64,000 bases of DNA from Desertimonas sp. (GTDB lineage: Bacteria > Actinomycetota > Acidimicrobiia > Acidimicrobiales > Ilumatobacteraceae): positions 403-64,402 of the forward strand of contig JBKEAH010000033.1 of NCBI GenBank assembly GCA_047972065.1, read 5' to 3'. Under the pieces are notes generated by a model. It was given only the letters and a program-made list of their open reading frames with translations, did no database searches and was not told the DNA's origin. Positions 62,161 to 64,000 of the stretch are shown piece after piece. A program made the position numbers and the translations under genes. The stretch's first letter is position 1. Each line of letters begins with the position of its first letter.

Positions 62161-63654
62161 ATGCACCTCCCGCTGCTCCTCGAGATGGTGGCCGATGTCG
62201 ACGGCGAACGGGTCGGCGTGGGTCGTTCGGCCGAGGGCTGGAGCTACGCCCGCCTCCTGTCGGCCGCCCGGCAAGCGGCGCGACGCATCCGGCGCGCCGA
62301 TGCCCAGGCGGTGGCGTTCGTCGGTCTCAACTCCGACACCCTCCCGTTGCTGCTGTTCGGTGGCGGGCTTGCCGGCGTGCCGTTCGCACCGGTCAACTAC
62401 CGCTTGCCCGACGAGCAACTACGCGGCGTCCTCGCCCGGCTGGCACCGGCCCTGGCCGTCATCGACGACGACATGGTCGAGCGCGCTTCGGGGATCGACG
62501 GGGTCGAGGTGGTCGCCCGTTCGACGTTTCTCGACCAGCTCGACGAGGAGTCCGACGGGCCCCTCGACGACGTCGCCGTCGACGAGGACGAGATCGCGGT
62601 GCTGCTGTTCACCAGCGGCACCACCGGTGAGCCAAAGGCGGCCGTGCTCCGTCACCGGCACCTCGCCTCGTACATCCTGACGACCGTCGACATGCTGGCC
62701 GCCGACCCCGACGAGGCCCAGCTGGTGTGCGTACCGCCGTATCACATCGCCGGGATCTCCTCGATCCTCAGCTCGGTGTTCGCCGGCCGACGCATCGTCT
62801 ACCTCCCGGCCTTCGACGCCGCCGACTGGGTGAGCTGGGCACGCGACGAGTCGATCACCCAGGCGATGGTCGTGCCGACGATGCTCGACCGGATCCTTGG
62901 CGAGATCGAGACGACCGGCACCTCGCTGCCGGCGTTGCGCAGCGTGTCCTACGGCGGCGGCCGGATGCCGCTGGCCACGATCGAACGGGCGATGGGGACG
63001 TTGAGCTCGGTGCGCTGGACGAACGCCTACGGGTTGACCGAGACGAGCTCGACGATCGCCGTGCTGACCCCGGAGGACCATGCCGACGCCTTCGCCAGTG
63101 ACGAGCCGGCGGTCCGCGCCCGCCTCGGATCGGTGGGCCGCCCGGTGCCGACCGTCGAGTTGGAGATCCGCGGCGACGACGGGGCCGCCGCCGGTGTCGG
63201 TGAGCGTGGCGAGATCTACGTCCGCGGCGACCAGATCGCCGGTGAGTACCTCGGACGATCGCTGCTCACCGACGACGGGTGGTTTCCGACCAACGACGCC
63301 GGCTACGTGGACGCGGAGGGGTACCTCTATCTCGATGGCCGGCTCGACGACGTGATCGTGCGGGGCGCCGAGAACCTGTCGCCGGGCGAGATCGAAGACG
63401 TCCTCATCGCTCACCCCGCCGTCGCCGAGGCGGCGGTGGTGGGCGTCCCCGACGCCACGTGGGGCGAAAAGGTCGTCGCCGCCGTGGTGCTCGCCGACGG
63501 GGCCGGCGCCGACGAAGCCGAGTTGCAGGACTGGGTTCGTACCCGCCTGCGCTCGACCAAGACACCCGAACGCATCGACATGCGCGCCGAGCTCCCCCAC
63601 AACGAGACCGGAAAACTGTTGCGGCGGGTGCTCAAACAGGAGCTCGCCGACTAG
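62161..63654 (+). CDS. AMP-dependent acyl-CoA synthetase/ligase
   Basis: AMP-binding motif LLFTSGTTGEPKAAV, with YGLTETSS, and GWFPTNDAGYVDAEGYLYLDGR...TGKLLRR. Confidence 0.85.
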   Translation: MHLPLLLEMVADVDGERVGVGRSAEGWSYARLLSAARQAARRIRRADAQAVAFVGLNSDTLPLLLFGGGLAGVPFAPVNYRLPDEQLRGVLARLAPALAVIDDDMVERASGIDGVEVVARSTFLDQLDEESDGPLDDVAVDEDEIAVLLFTSGTTGEPKAAVLRHRHLASYILTTVDMLAADPDEAQLVCVPPYHIAGISSILSSVFAGRRIVYLPAFDAADWVSWARDESITQAMVVPTMLDRILGEIETTGTSLPALRSVSYGGGRMPLATIERAMGTLSSVRWTNAYGLTETSSTIAVLTPEDHADAFASDEPAVRARLGSVGRPVPTVELEIRGDDGAAAGVGERGEIYVRGDQIAGEYLGRSLLTDDGWFPTNDAGYVDAEGYLYLDGRLDDVIVRGAENLSPGEIEDVLIAHPAVAEAAVVGVPDATWGEKVVAAVVLADGAGADEAELQDWVRTRLRSTKTPERIDMRAELPHNETGKLLRRVLKQELAD

Positions 63655-64000
63655 TCCCCCGGCCGCCAGCCGGCGGCGCCGAAGGTGCCGACGACACCGC
63701 CGGCACCGACCGCGCCGAGATCGGACACCGCGTCACGCAGCGGCCGATCGAGCAGACACAGCCGAGCCGTGGTGCCCACGGCAACCCGGCGGGGAACCAC
63801 CGGGTCGTCGGCGGCACCGAGATAGAGGTCGAGGGCCACACCGGGAGCGATCCGCTCGGCGGGCCCGAGCACCTCACCGTCGGCCGTGCGACGGTCGACG
63901 GCGGCGGCCATCGCCAGCCACGGATCGGCCGGGCCGTGCGGCGCGTCGCTGCTGGCGGCGAGGCCGATGCCGCCCGCCAGCAGGGTGGCGCTGCGCCACA
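63651..64000 (-). CDS. amidohydrolase-family protein (C-terminal part, gene continues beyond window)
   Basis: The frame is open to the window edge. ...GIGLAASSDAPHGPADPWLAMAAAVDRRTADGEVLGPAERI resembles YtcJ-like metal-dependent hydrolases. Confidence 0.6.
   Translation of the reverse strand, partial: WRSATLLAGGIGLAASSDAPHGPADPWLAMAAAVDRRTADGEVLGPAERIAPGVALDLYLGAADDPVVPRRVAVGTTARLCLLDRPLRDAVSDLGAVGAGGVVGTFGAAGWRPGD

Overview
This is a very GC-rich actinobacterial-type chromosomal window (third codon positions are almost all G/C). It is densely coding and mostly core housekeeping. No transposase, integrase, rRNA or CRISPR array was seen.

Recognisable blocks, in order:
- ATP-dependent DNA ligase, divergent from korAB (2-oxoglutarate:ferredoxin oxidoreductase).
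- An L,D-transpeptidase and an FAH-family hydrolase.
- A MazF/RHH toxin-antitoxin pair.
- Class II ribonucleotide reductase nrdJ, with tandem NrdR boxes.
- nrdR, a small membrane protein and lexA, around a dense SOS-box array.
- dapC-hflX-dapF-miaA-miaB.
- A serine hydrolase, cupin, Baeyer-Villiger monooxygenase and sulfatase.
- A thioredoxin-fold lipoprotein interrupted by a single in-frame TGA, next to a CDGSH iron-sulfur protein.
- recA, with an SOS box inside its promoter spacer.
- tRNA-His and tRNA-Lys.
- Assorted metabolic genes: aminotransferases, two tandem NAD(P)H quinone reductase paralogues, psuG, rpe, an OSBS-like enolase, an ADH and a thioesterase.
- A PadR-regulated MacB/FtsX-type ABC module.
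- An AddAB/AdnAB-like helicase-nuclease pair.
- The rpsP-KH-rimM-trmD-rplS ribosomal cluster.
- A VIT1-family transporter and an acyl-CoA synthetase.

The most interesting observations:
1. A candidate UxxC selenoprotein redoxin with a SECIS-like hairpin.
2. A small SOS-controlled membrane protein in the ChiZ/DivS position next to lexA.
3. A 95-nt element closed by a perfect 15-bp stem in the nrdJ/ribD-like intergenic region.
4. Two apparently damaged or non-canonically initiated genes.
5. Several sub-60-codon ORFs missed by the ORF track.

All functional calls rest on motif recognition and memory of protein families. No database search was possible.
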